Assembly (NCBI GenBank): GCA_951406725.2
Contig: OX597831.1
Span: 3,410,001 to 3,474,000, forward strand
Length of the DNA: 64,000 nt
Direction: 5' to 3'
Source: Octopus vulgaris
Lineage: Eukaryota
Part shown: piece by piece, positions 13,765-28,238 of the stretch
Position numbering within the stretch: the first letter of the stretch is position 1
How the letters are laid out: each line of letters begins with the position of its first letter
Program-made: the position numbers and the translations under genes
The notes under the pieces: model-generated
What the model saw: only the letters and a program-made list of their open reading frames with translations
The model's database searches: none
What the model was told of the DNA's origin: nothing

Positions 13765-13892
13765 GTCATCATCATCATCGTCATTGTCATCGTCATCATC
13801 ATCATCATCATCATCATCGTCATTGTCATCGTCATCATCATCATCACCATCATCATCACCACCACCACCACCACCACCACCACCACCATCAC

Positions 13893-13931
<39 letters not shown>

Positions 13932-14625
13932 TTAACGTCTGTTGTCCATGCTGGCATGGGTTGGACGGTTTGACCAGGGCTGGTAAGCTTCAAGGCTGTA
14001 CCAGACTCCAGTCTGATTCAGCATGGTTTTTCTATGGCCGGATGCCCTTCCTAATGCCAGTCACTCCACGAGTGTAATGGGTGCTTTTATGTGCCACTGG
14101 CACAGGTGCCACTTTCATAGCACCAGTATCTGCCATGACTGTGACTTTACTTGGCTTGATGAGTCTTCTTCTCAAGCATGACATTATGCCAAAGGTCTCG
14201 GTCATTGTCTCTGTGAGGCCCAAAACTCGAAAGGAATTCAGCCACTTAGCCTTCATGAGGCCCAAAGCTTGAAAGGTGTTCCTTATGTGCCATTTACATA
14301 ACACCAGCATTGGCCATGATTACAATTTCATTTGGCTCGACAGGTCTTCTCAAGCACAGCATTTCGGCAAAGGTCTTGGTCACTAGTCATTACCTTTGTG
14401 AGGCTCAAAGTTCGAAGATAATTCTCCACCCCTTTGTCCCTGGGTCTACCTCTACCACAGGTTCCCTCCACAGTTAGAGACTGGCACTTCTTTACACAGC
14501 TGTCCTTGTCCATATGCATCACATGACCATACCAGCACAATCGTCTCTCTTGCACACCACATCTGATGCCTCTGATGCCCAACCTTTCTCTCAAGATGCT
14601 TACACTCTGTTGAACATGCACCCTG
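13765..14625 (-). mobile_element. 5'-truncated RTE LINE (RT C-terminus plus 3' UTR) with expanded (GAT/GGT)n tail
   Basis: Peptide LRERLGIRGIRCGVQERRLCWYGHVMHMDKDSCVKKC...GRGRPR is homologous to the 47372-47710 ORF. Confidence 0.85.
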
Positions 14626-14679
14626 ACATTGCACAGACATACAGACACACACACATAGACATACATACATACATATATA

Positions 14680-14729
<50 letters not shown>

Positions 14730-14889
14730 GGACGAAGTTTTATCAGTGAACAGGTTGCAGTCTTAAAGCAACGAAAATATTTTGACAAATTAAATTTAAA
14801 TGTTGAAGTGAATCTAACGGTTTTTGTGTTTCTTAAATGGCTTATAAACACCTTCCACGCTGCAATTATATATATATATACATATATAT

Positions 14890-15048
14890 GTAGGTCCTGG
14901 GTTGAGTCGGGGTTAACCACAGTAAATAAGGTACTCAATACATTGCAGAGTAAATTAATTTATTTTATAGAAGGAGCTTCTACAGGACCAGTACTGTTTC
15001 ATTCAAATGAATGAAACAGTACTAGTCCTGTAGAAGCTCCTTCTATAA

Positions 15049-15053
<5 letters not shown>
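14890..15053 (-). mobile_element. PLE-like 3' fragment with a fold-back hairpin of about 45-bp arms (14960-15053)
   Basis: ttattttatagaaggagcttctacaggaccagtactgtttcattc-aaat-gaatgaaacagtactagtcctgtagaagctccttctataaaataa, with one mismatch. Flanked by (TA)n. Confidence 0.6.
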
Positions 15054-15088
<35 letters not shown>

Positions 15089-15665
15089 GTCTGGGGTGAG
15101 TCATTCTCTTTTAGTGCCTTATTATTTAACATAATCTTCCCAGACACAACAAATGATGATGATATTGTTGTCATGACGACAATGACGGTGATGATGACAA
15201 CAACAATGATGATGATAATGATGATGATCACCATATCTCATGTACCACTCAGTCACATACACCTCAACCAGGATGGTTATCTCTCTTCTGCATCAGTCAT
15301 CTTGGATCTTGAGTCAGTTTCCCAACCATTTAGTATTTGATCTTGTAAATTAACATTGCATAATGAACAGACCTTTAATTAAATACATGTAAATTCCTCT
15401 GGCAATAGCCATTAATGCAAGAGAGATAACCATCCCCCTCACAGCACGAGGCAGTATTAGAAATTTAAATTTGAAATTAAGAAATATGAAGAAGGTATAC
15501 AGGGTGGGCCAAAAGTCATGCACAAAATAAGTTCAACATACATTGGAATTGACAAAGGCATACTTCAATATTTCTAAAATAAAATAAAATAAATAAAATG
15601 ATGATGAATACATACGTATTTGTACATGATGAACAAGATGAATAATAATAATAATAATGATGATA

Positions 15666-15716
<51 letters not shown>

Positions 15717-15731
15717 TAATAATAATAATAA

Positions 15732-16472
<741 letters not shown>

Positions 16473-16939
16473 TCCTTTCTACTATAGGCACAAGGCCTGA
16501 AATTTGTAGGGAGGGGACTAGTTGATTACATCGGCCCCAGTGTTTCCCAGCTTACCAGTTTTCAGTCAAACTGTCCAACCCATGCCAACATGGAAAACGG
16601 ACATTAAATGATGATGATGATGATGATGATGGGCTGGCTGATTAAATTGACCCCATTGCTTAACTAATATTTATTTTATTGACCCCACTCCACCCCAAAG
16701 AATGAAAAGCAAATTTGAACTCAGAATGTAAAGCCAGCAGAAATGTCACCAAGTATTTGGTTCACCATGTTACCATTTCTGCCAATTTGCTGCTTTAAAT
16801 TCCAGTTTAGTCATAACGAAATTTGTTTATTAAATCCTTTTGAATTTCTTGATAGGGGTAATGAGTTTTATAACTAATATGGCTGGCAACAAAAGGGTTA
16901 AAGATTCTCGTAATGTTGGCTTCAAATTTTTGCACAAGG

Positions 16940-18646
16940 TCACCACCACCATCACCACCACCATCACCATCACCATCACCATCACCACCATCAACAGCAT
17001 TATCATCATCATCACTACCATGATGACAATAACGACGATGTCGATGTCGCTGCCACCACCGCCACTGCTGCCTCCACCGCCGATGCTGCTACTTCCATCG
17101 CTGCTTCCGCCGCTACCGCTGCCGTCGTTAACGTCGCTGTTGCTGCCGCCGCTGCTGCCACCGTTGCTGCCGTCGTCGCTACCGCCGTTGCTACCAATGT
17201 TGCCGTTGTTTTCGCTGCTGCCGCTGCCGTCGCTGCTGCTGCCGCCGAAGATGCTGTGAGTCCAAGAACTCCATCAAGAACTGCTCCAAGGTCTTCTTTA
17301 ACACGGCTTTTCCATTGGATGCCCTTCCTGATGCCAACCACTTTGCAGTGTGGGCTGCAGTCATAGTCTTAGATGTACAGTGAAATGGGGACTGTCATGG
17401 CTGGAACCACCTTTGATCATAGATGTACTCAGTCAGGGTTGACATGGGGCTAACCACCACCACCACCACCACCACCACCACCACCAATAACAACAACAAC
17501 AACAACAACCACAGCAAGAACAACAGCAACAAGCAACTAATTCTCTTGTTTTCACAACTTGATCCACCATGTTGTGACTAGGAAAGCAAACGTTGATTCA
17601 ATTTAGCCAAAAACAACAGCAACAACAACAACAACAACAACAAAACCAAATGATAAAAGCAGTAAACTTTTATTATCATCCCCCCACCACCCCCACCACC
17701 TTTTACCTCTTCATCCCATCCCTGCCCCCCACCCCACCCCTTCCCCCTTATTTACGAACGTTTCTTTACAGCGTGTGATGATGGATGCAGGATGATGCGA
17801 TGCGATGCGATGCACCGAAAGCGACAGCGGTGGTGGCACCGGTGGCAGTGGTGGCAGCCAATGGTGACGGCAGTGGCGGTGGTGATGGTGGCGGCGGTGG
17901 CGGCGGTGGCGATGGTGGCGGCGGTGGCGATGGTGGCGGCGGTGGCGATGGTGGCGGCGGTGGCGATGGTGGCGGCGGTGGTGATGGTGGCGGCGGTGGT
18001 GATGGTGGCGGCGGTGGCGGCGGTGGCGATGGTGGCGGCAGTGGCGATGTTGGCGGCGGTGGTGATGGTGGCGGCGGTGGTGATGGTGGCGGCGGTGGTG
18101 ATGGTGGCGGCGGTGGTGATGGCGGTGGTGGCGGTGGCGATGGTGGTGGTGGCAGCCAATGGTGGTGGCGGTGGCGATGGTGGTGGCGACAGTGCTGGCT
18201 CTGTTTCCAATCATATTTTTTCTTTTTTTCTTTTTTCTTTATTTTCTTTCTTTCCCTGGCTTCCTATTAAAACTTCTTTCCCAAACATTCATTCATACAC
18301 AATTCCACAATATTTGATATCTATTTGTTTTATTCACTTATTTCATTCATGCATTCATTCATTCATGTATATATTTATTTTATTTATTTTATTTATTTAT
18401 TTATTTATTTCTGTGTTTCAGTTTATTTGTTGTTGTTGTTGTTATTGTTTATTTTTTATTTATTTATTTATTTATTTTTTTTGTTTTGTGTGTTTGTTAT
18501 TCTTGAGACTGCAATCAGAATCTGAAATTGAAATTCTGAAGATGACTTTGGGAATCAACAAGCAAAAGCTGAGTGATAATAGGATAAGATAGAGAAGGAA
18601 AGTGAAATAATATAAACAACAACAACAACAACAACAACAATAAACA

Positions 18647-18692
<46 letters not shown>

Positions 18693-18710
18693 TAATAATA
18701 ATAATAATAA

Positions 18711-18741
<31 letters not shown>

Positions 18742-18746
18742 GTAAC

Positions 18747-18803
<57 letters not shown>

Positions 18804-18817
18804 AATGATAATAATGA

Positions 18818-18849
<32 letters not shown>

Positions 18850-19180
18850 GTAACAATAATAATAATAATAATAATAACAATAATAATAATAATAAAATAA
18901 TAATAATAATAAAAAAAATAAAAAATAATAATAATAATGGTAACAATAATAATAATAATGATAGTAATAAAGTTTATTTTTTATATTTGTTTTATAGCTG
19001 ACAGTTAATGAGAAATGTGATAAGGATAGAGTTTAGTAAAGATAGTGATGGTGATGGTGATGGTGATGGTGGAAGATGGTGGTGATCAGTAAGCCTGGTA
19101 GTTAAAAATCATCACCAAATACTCAATCATTGCTGCTGTTGCTGCTGCTATAATGATGATGATGATGGTGATGATGATAG

Positions 19181-19218
<38 letters not shown>

Positions 19219-20600
19219 GTGATGTTCCATAACTTCTATCTTCTTGCTCGTCTTATTTTGACATCATTTATGTTGATATCCGTAACCGTTCCCCTTCCCT
19301 CTTCATTATCTTTCTTGTTTTCTTCCTCCTCACGATGACAATGACAACGAAGATAATGATGACAACGACAACAATGAGAAAGACGACGACGACGACCACC
19401 ACCACCACCACCACCACCACCACTATCAGCACCACCACCATCATTGCCATCATCATCACCACCATCATCATCACTCAAGGGAAGATAACCACCACCACCA
19501 CCATCACCACACAACCACCACACCACCCACCACCACCACCACCACCATCACAACCACTACAACCACCACACCACCACCACCACCACCACCACCATCACAA
19601 CCATCACCACACCACCACCACCACCACCACAACCATCACACCACCACCACCACCACCACCACACCACCACCTCTACACCACCACCACCACCACCACCACC
19701 ATAACTATCATTGTCATCAGGATTGATATCCAAGAGCCGTGGGTCGACAGAGGAGCAGAGCCATTGTTCACTTCCATTCCTTCACACTTTGAGAGTTCAA
19801 ATCCCTCCAGAATTTACTTTGCATTTCATACTCCAAGGGTCAATAAAGCAAGACCCAGTCACCTCCTATCAAGCACTGGATCAGTTTACATTCCTATAGT
19901 ACTGTTCCTGTTGTAAGGTAACCTTAAATCCAGGATGGAATACCTTGAAGTATTTGATATGGATGCTTATGATCAGCACCATTCCACAACTTATAAAATC
20001 ACTTACGGAGCGGAGAATGCTAAGCAGTGATAAGTGCTGAATTAAGAGATTATCTCTCTTATGCTTTTCCAGTCACTGTATAATGACTGGTAGCACTATA
20101 TGGTGGCTCACTGTAAACATATTTGGACTGATAACAACATTGCAGTTTTACTTATCGCTGCTTAGTGCTCCCCCTCTGTAATTTACCATGTAGTGCTGCT
20201 AGTGCCACCGCTGCTGTCGCTGCCAGTGCTGCCGGTGCCGCTGCCAGTGCTGCCGGTGCCGCTGCCAGTGCTGCCGGTGCCGCTGCCGGTGTCACTGCTG
20301 CTGCTTCCGCCGCCGCCAGTGCCGTTGCTGCCGCCGGTGCCGTCACTGCCGCCGGTGCCATCGCTGCCGCCGTCGCTGCCGCCACTGGTGCCACCATTGC
20401 TGCCACCAGTGTCGTTGGTGCCGCCGGTGCCGTCGTCGGTGCCGCCAGTGTCGCCGCTGCCGCTGCCGCCGCCCCTGCTGATGCTACCGCTGCTGCTACC
20501 ACTGCTGCTACCGCTGCTGCTGCTGCCGCTACCACCTCTGCTGCTGCTGCTACCGCTACCACCTCTGCTGCTGCTGCCACTGCCGCTGCCACCATATAGT
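16940..20600. repeat. Cluster of degenerate trinucleotide repeats (CAC, GCC/GCT, GGC/GGT 18-bp minisatellite at 17860-18190, TAA, GAT)
   Basis: Directly visible. These repeats generate the poly-G/A/T/H/P pseudo-ORFs. Confidence 0.9.
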
Positions 20601-21251
20601 GCTGCCAGTCATCGTACAGTGACTAGAAAAGCATAAGGGAGGTAATCTCTTAATTCAGCTTGCAGTGCCATCTGCTTAGTGTCTGTCACCAATGAGGAGA
20701 TAACTGCTCCGAAATGTTAACATCTCACAGTCTCGGTAGATTGTACTGTGAGCTGATCTAGGCATATACACATCATTTATCTACAAGCAAGTTGTATTCT
20801 CTGTGACAAAACACAGTGAGTAGTTTGTTCCCCAGTTTGAATGTTAATCAAGCATGTTTGGACTGATAATAACATTGCAATATCGCTTATCACTGCTTTG
20901 TGCTTCCCCTCTGTAATTTATTTATTGTGAGCTGCTGTGTAGCACTACAAGTTATCATATGGTGACTGGTAAAGGATTCACCAGAAAGCTAGGGTTCTGC
21001 AAAAGGTTCCTAGAGTGAGATAAGCTAAAGCTAATTTCATGATCGTTATATTAATATACCTGCACAACATATTATTGGTTATTGTAATATAGACATCATC
21101 CTATCTAACCTATTATGTTTAAAAAAAAAAAACAACCATTGGGGATATATTTAGTGATATCTGTAATTTATGGACACCCTATATATATATATATGTGAAC
21201 TACAATGAAAATTATTTGAGAAAGATATGGTATATAAGTCACTTGCCATAT

Positions 21252-21481
21252 CTATTTCTTTACTACCCACAAGGGGCTAAACACAGAGAGGACAAACAAG
21301 GACAGACAAACGGATTAAGTTGATTATATCGACCCCAGTGCGTAACTGGTACTTATTTAATCGACCCCGAAAGGATGAAAGGCAAAGTCGACCTTGGCAG
21401 AATTTGAACTCAGAATGTAACGGCAGACGAAATACGGCTACGCATTTCGCCCGGTGTGCTAACGTTTCTGCCAGCTTGCCA
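21252..21481 (-). mobile_element. tRNA-derived SINE, family B, with Meta-domain-like core
   Basis: tggcagaaacgttag A-box, gagttcaaattc B-box, core ccaaggtcgactttgcctttcatcctttcggggtcgattaaataagtaccag. A second copy lies at 29896-30127. Confidence 0.75.
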
Positions 21482-21764
21482 TATCTTGAATGTCTTCTTT
21501 CTCTGAGCATTAACGGCCTAAAGCTTTGACCATCTAGCTGTTGACTTGGTCCAAGACCACAAGATTATTCATCATGTTTTCAGCAACAACTGCTCCCCAC
21601 AGACAGATTTACTTTACATAAGAAACAGAAGTTGGGTGGTCACCACACCATTGAAATGTTTTCTCTTAGGGCAGCGCAGTGGGGGTCAACAACACAGCAA
21701 TTGATGTATGAGGGTAATTTTGTCAAGAGCAATGGACAAGAGGACACTTGTGGAATGCCCTCTC

Positions 21765-23480
21765 TCCATTCCTCCTCCTCCTCCTCATCATCATCATCTC
21801 CCCTCCTCCTCCTCCTCCTCCTCCTCCTCACCATCATCATCTTCATCTCCCCTCCTCCTCCTCCTCCTCATCATCATCATTATCTTCTTCTCCCCTCCTC
21901 CTTCCCTTCCTCCTCATCTCCCCACCTACCTCTCTCCATTTCTCTCCCTTCCTCTTTCTCATGCTTGCTTCTCCAATCTACCCCTCTCTCTCTCTCTCTC
22001 TCTCTGCTTCTCTTTCTCTCTGAGCACTCTCTGCTTTTCATGCCATGAGGTTCCTCTCTCTACACCTCTCGGCTATCTCACAGCTCTTCTTTCTCCCTTT
22101 TAATCGCACTCTCTCTTTTTCTAGCCATCCTTCCTCTGAGCATCTTCTTTTCTGTATTTTGCCTCCTCTCCCATCATCATCATCATCATCATCATCATCG
22201 TCAACATTGTTATTATCATTGTTGGAATGGTGTCAGTGATGAAGATAGTGGTAGTGGCAGGGTGGCGTCACAGGCTGCATCAGCATCAATATTGTGACAT
22301 CTGCCACACCTTCTCCCACCACCGCCACTACGACCCCCCCCCACTTCTGCTAACACCATCACCTCCCCCACAATCACCCACCCCATAATCACCTCCCCCA
22401 CAACCACCTTCCCCAGAACCACCTTCCCCACCATCACTTCACCCACCATCGTCACCACTACTACCACCACAACCACAACCATCACCACCACCATCACCAG
22501 CAGCAGTACCACCACCACCACCACCACCAACCACAACCACAACATCACCATCACCAGCAGCAGTACTACCACCACCACCACCACCACCACCACTGCCATC
22601 CTATCACCATTATCCCTCTCGTCCCTCCACCCCATCCCACCCCCACACACCCATCAGACTGTCTTGCCAATGTTATTTGGTACAAATGTCTGAATTTATT
22701 GATTGGTTCATCAAGTTCAGCCAAACAATTGACAGATTTTTTCGGGGAGGAAACTCTACTTAACAACAACAACATCGTTGACCAACATCAATGACAACAT
22801 CAACATCAATATTTTCACCACAACAAAATCACCACCACCACCACCACCACCACCACCACCACCACCACCACCACCACTACGACAACAGCCAAATCTACTT
22901 TCATCACCACCACCATGACCACCACCACAATGATGGCAATGACAATGACCATCGCAATGAGAATGATGATAAACAGCAATGATGACAATGACAACACACC
23001 GACTACGATGGGTACCACGCAGCATCAGCAGCAGCACCACCAGCAGCAGCACCACCACAACTATGATCACCATGGCAATGATGACAGCAATGTTGACCAT
23101 AACAGTGCAGATGACAAGTAACCACCACCACCACCATCATTACTGCTACCATCATCATCGCCACCATCACATTACTACCACCATCACCATCATTACCACC
23201 ACCACCACCATCATCACTGCCATCACCATCATCACCACCACCACCACCACCACCACCACCATCATCATCACCGCCACCATCACCACCACCATCACTACTG
23301 CTACCATCATCATCATTACCACCACCACCACCATCACAACCATCACTACTGCTACCATCATCACTACCATCACAACCACCGCCACCATCATCAACTCCAC
23401 CATCACCACCACCACCGCTGCCACCACCATCATCAGCACTACCACCACCACCACCACCAGTGCCACTGCTACCATATCCC
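21765..23480. repeat. (CCT)n, (CT)n, (CAC)n and (CAT)n low-complexity field
   Basis: Directly visible in the sequence. Confidence 0.9.
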
Positions 23481-24055
23481 TTCCCCTCTGCCAAGATCCA
23501 CTTTGTCTTTTGTTCTTCCAATAATTACTGGAGTCGGTGCAATAAACTACACAGTGGAATTTTTTGCCCTCCCCCCTCCCGCATGGCCACAGCCCATTGA
23601 TTAAGCCTGGAGACCAGTATGAGGAAAGCTACAGTCATCCATGATGCTCTTCAGATAATGGAATGATCTTTGATCAAAGGGCTGTAAAGTTAGAGTTGGC
23701 CTAACTCATGTAATTTGGTTTTGTAATAACTTTCTTTGAATTGAGGGTTGTGTGGACAGCCTAACATTGCAAGAGACCACGTGGAAAGGTTTCAATAATT
23801 ATTTTAGATTCCTATGAGGATTATGGGCAGACATAGACACCGTCTTCTCTTGGCCTTTTCACTCTGAGCCCAGTGGGACATCGAAGATATAACAATTGAA
23901 GGAAAGAGGTCTTCACCAGGACTCAGCTGGTGCTCATTTTCAGCTGACGAGATAATAGCAACATGAAATGAAGTGTCTTACTCAAGGATACAACATGCCG
24001 CTCGGTCATGGAATGGAACCTACCATCTCCTACATCTGGTCCTTCTGATTGCTTT

Positions 24056-24107
<52 letters not shown>

Positions 24108-24189
24108 CCTATTTCCCCTCATCCAGTCACCTGAGCAAATATACACATCTTATGTTATACCATATGCCATACATTTACACCTCTATCCT

Positions 24190-24560
24190 CCTCCCCTCTC
24201 ACCAATTCATTTCTGCTGTTCTCCTCTTTAGAGTGGAAGGTCTGTCCATTCAATTAATTTTGAAGAGACCGAAACAGGTGGAAATTTAAAGATGTGAGTG
24301 AGCTCAGGCAAATATGGAGAGTGTGGCAAGACTTCCCAGCCAGACCCTTGTAACTTCTGCTATGTCGGCAAAAAGTGTGCGGTCTGACATTGTCATGATG
24401 CCCTAATGAATAACAAGTCCTGGATATTTCTGGGGGACTACTGCTTTTAATTTATTAGGCTGACCACAGTACACATCCGAAATGACAGTCCTGTCCATAG
24501 GAAGAAGCTCATAAATGACATCTTTCCAATTCCACTAAATTGAAAGTATAACCTTCTTTC
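24190..24560 (-). pseudogene. mariner transposase remnant, C-terminal catalytic part
   Basis: Manual translation gives HHDNVRPHT...GWEVL...PYLPEL...FHLFRSLQN, a decayed form of HDNARPH/PYSPDLAPSDYHLFRSLQN. Confidence 0.7.
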
Positions 24561-24971
24561 AGTGATGTCCTTTGGAGGTTGTTTTTGGTGGTTTGCTTTG
24601 CTTCTCCCACAATTGTTTGTGCTTTATGTTATTATAGATCCATTTTTTTCTTTGTCCCCTGTCATCATTCTCATACAAAAAGGATCTACAATAGTTGGAT
24701 TCGCCCCCACATCTAGCCATATGGAAATTATGAGTTGACCATGAGTGCAAACCCCATTTCAGGCCAATCAATGGCTGTTGTTCATATGATAGTCTGGGGA
24801 CATGACTAGGACTTTCTATCAACAGAGCCTACAAATACAGCTCATTTTAGAGCAAAAGAGCAGAGTGAATTTGGTCTTTGGTGAATTTTGCTCTTGATTC
24901 ATAGCTGTTCTCACAGCTTCATATTTAACTCAGCACCATAGATGAAGAAACATACTGTGGCAACATGGCAA

Positions 24972-25011
<40 letters not shown>

Positions 25012-25510
25012 GTTTAGCGTCTGCTTTCCATGCTATCATGGGTTGGACAGTTCGACTGGGGTCTGGGAAGCCAGGAGGCTGCACCAGGCCCAGTCTGATC
25101 TGGCAGTGTTTCTACAGCTGGATGCCCTTCCTAATGCCAACCACTCTGAGAGTGTAGTAGGTGATTTTTACGTGCCACCTGCACAGGTACCAGACGAGGC
25201 TGGCAAATGGCCACGATTGGATGGTGCTTTTTACGTGCCACCGGCACGGAGGCCGGTCAGGGCGGTGCTGGCAATGGCCACGTTCGGATGGTTCCCTTAC
25301 GTGCCACCGGCACTGGTATCACAGCTACAATTTCCATTGATGTTCATCGATTTCGATTTTGATTTTCACTTGCCTCAACAGGTCTTCACAAGTAGGGTTT
25401 GTGTCTCAAGAAGGAAAGGTATGCATATGTGGGCTGGCTACGTCCCAGGTAGAGGCCACGGGTTATGGTCTCACTTGTCCTGCTGGGTCTTCCCACGCAC
25501 AGCATACTTG
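24972..25510 (-). mobile_element. RTE 3' UTR fragment interrupting the mariner
   Basis: (GAT)n tail and repeated ggcacgtaaaaagcacc modules. Confidence 0.8.
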
Positions 25511-25519
25511 AATTTCTGA

Positions 25520-26020
25520 TGAAGATTTCCTGCACCTGTAATATGTGTTGCTTCATATAAAATTCACTCTTGTATTGCATAAACACTTTCTGTATTAATG
25601 TAGCAATAAAAAATGTCTATATTCTTACAACAAACCTTTCTTCATGTCCACACTACAGATAATTTTCTTCATGCTTCTGCAAGGAATTATAGATGGGAAT
25701 GTTTTGGGTGAGTCTAACCTCCTTCAATTAATGTGACACTCAGACACTGAGCCTGCTGATGTAACCAAGTTGATGTAGATTGTTTTCAACATTTAATTTG
25801 GATATCTGGAAAAGATTTGTGATCATCGTAGTGCATCTTGAACAGAAAATTTTCCCTATCAAGATCCTGAAAACCACTTCTAGCACACATGTTCTGTAAC
25901 AACAGCCTCTCCCTACACAATGCATATCTTTCTGCAGGTTTCTCCTGCTTTTCTACCTTTTTTAAAATGATAAGCATGCGGTGTCGATAATATTTCTTTT
26001 AATTCTCCATTTTCTGGGAG
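25520..26020 (-). pseudogene. mariner transposase remnant, N-terminal HTH part
   Basis: Manual translation gives HFKKGRKAGETCRKIC..GEAVVTEHVC*KWF and LHQLGYISRLSV, typical of mariner N-termini. Confidence 0.65.
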
Positions 26021-26487
26021 ATCCCAAGCATACTTGAAGTGTCAAGTATTGAATGACTACACAGGTGCTAGGAAGAGAGTGAAGTTAAATAATTATTAGA
26101 GTACTTGGCAAAGCCAATTTATAGATATAAATATAAATCCATTCACTCAGCACTCCATCCATCCATTTATCTGTCCATCTGTCCATCCATCCGTCCGTCC
26201 GTCTGTCCATCCATCTGTCTATCTATCTATCTACACACATACTCACACACACGTTTATGGTTCAAATCATGCCAGCATAGAAAAGGAACATTAAAGGATG
26301 AAATTGATATATATGCATGTATATATATATATATATATATCATCATCATCATCGTTTAGCGTCTGCTTTCCATGCTGGCATGGGTTGGACGGTGCAACTG
26401 GGGTCTGGGAAGCCAGAAGGCTGCACCAGGCCCAGACTGATCTGGCAATGTTTCTATGGCTGGATGCCCTTCCTAACGCCAACCACT

Positions 26488-26640
<153 letters not shown>

Positions 26641-26739
26641 CACACATATATATACATACATACATTTATATGAAAATGAAAACTAAATTACTGAATCGCT
26701 TTTTACATTGGGAACACCTCATATAATTATTTACTTACT

Positions 26740-26968
26740 TTAACCCTTTAGTGTTCGCATTATTCTGCTAAAATTAATCCTTTTTTATCCACATTGTTTT
26801 GAACTAATCAGGCATTATCTTGTAGCTATGAGATTTTGATGAGGTAGCTGTTAATTTTTAAAACGATATTGTAGGGTTGGTGTGAGAGACCAGATCTGGC
26901 CAGTTTGAACATAAAACAGGTAGAATATTTTTGGCCGGATATGGCCGGTTTAAATGCTAAAGGGTTAA
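26740..26968. mobile_element. piggyBac-like MITE (family P2)
   Basis: TTAA-ccctttag...ctaaaggg-TTAA. Confidence 0.8.
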
Positions 26969-26984
26969 TGAAGAAAGTTATATA

Positions 26985-27285
26985 TTACAGGAAGCAGCAG
27001 ATGTCGTAGTTATTGCCAGAATCAAACGTTGTAATTTTGTTGCTCCCACCAGAGCTTCATTTAGTTCACGCTTCCGTATTATGTCGGCAACTTCTTGAAT
27101 GTTTGACACTTGCTTTGCAAAATCCGCAGCATAAATTGGTTTTAGCTTGCATTTAAATCCATCTAAATTTTATATATTTACAGACATTCAAAGCTGAAAA
27201 TGCTTCCCTCAAAAGGTTTTATTGTAAACATGAAAAAGCTCCAGATTCAACAATTCAACTAATCTGAACTAGAAAAATGTTAAAC
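26985..27285 (-). pseudogene. Decayed hAT transposase C-terminal fragment
   Basis: Manual translation ...ELNEALVGATKLQRLILAITTTSAAS resembles the start of the hAT dimerization domain. Confidence 0.45.
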
Positions 27286-27288
27286 AAT

Positions 27289-27460
27289 AGGCATAGGAGT
27301 GGCTGTGTGGTAAGTAGCTTGCTTACGAACCACAAGGTTCCGGGTTCAGTCCCAGTGCCTGGCACCTTGGGCAAGTGTATTCTACTATAGCCTTGGGCCG
27401 ACCAAAGCCTTGTGAGTGGATTTGGTAGACGGAAACTGAAAGAAGCCCATCGTATATATG

Positions 27461-27499
<39 letters not shown>

Positions 27500-27712
27500 T
27501 TGTGTGTCAGTGTTTGTTCCCCTCAACATCACTTGACAACTGATGCTGGTGTGTTTACGTCCCCATAACTTAGCGATTTGGCATAAGAGACTGATAGAAT
27601 AAGTACTAGGCTTACAAAGATTAAGTCCTGGGGTTGATTTGCTCGACAAAAGGTGGTGCTCCAGCATGGCCACAGTCAAATGACTGAAACAAGTAAAAGA
27701 GTAAGAGAGTAA
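27289..27712 (+). mobile_element. SINE family A, full length
   Basis: Matches the family consensus. Confidence 0.88.
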
Positions 27713-27827
27713 ATGGTGTTTTAAATTATTCTGTCTTTGACATATCCCAGAAACCTTTCCTGAGGCTTTTCCTTCTCATCAACAATTCCCAAAATGTTTG
27801 ACAACTCAGAGTTCATTTGAAGCTCTG

Positions 27828-28007
27828 TTGACTGTGGCCATACTGGAGCACCGCCTTTAGTCGAGCAAATTGCCCCCAGGACTTATTGTTTGTAAGCCTA
27901 GTACTTATTCTATCAGTCTCTATTATCGAACTGCTAAGTTACAGGGCCGTAAACACACCAGCATTGGTTATCAAGTGATGTTGGGGGTGACAAACACAGA
28001 CACACAA

Positions 28008-28068
<61 letters not shown>

Positions 28069-28238
28069 TATATACGACGGGCTTCTTTCAGTTTTCTGTC
28101 TACCAAACACACTCACAAGGCTTTGGTTGGCCTGAGGCTATAGCAGAAGACACTTGCTCAAGGTGCCATGCAGTGGGACTGAACCCGGAAGCATGCAGTT
28201 TGTAAGCAAGCTACTTACCACACAGCCACTCCTACACC
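27828..28238 (-). mobile_element. SINE family A, inverted partner of the previous copy
   Basis: Reverse-complement match to the consensus. Confidence 0.85.

Noticed and set aside
17711-18270. Gly/Asp-rich or His/Arg-rich structural protein ORFs
   Set aside because: An 18-bp GGC/GGT minisatellite, open in most frames.
20152-20636. Ala-rich antifreeze-like protein ORF
   Set aside because: Degenerate GCC/GCT repeat that is open in several frames on both strands, with no splice or start context.
23944-23975. ctgacga...gaaa hammerhead candidate
   Set aside because: No pairing for stems I, II or III, and it lies in an old SINE fragment.
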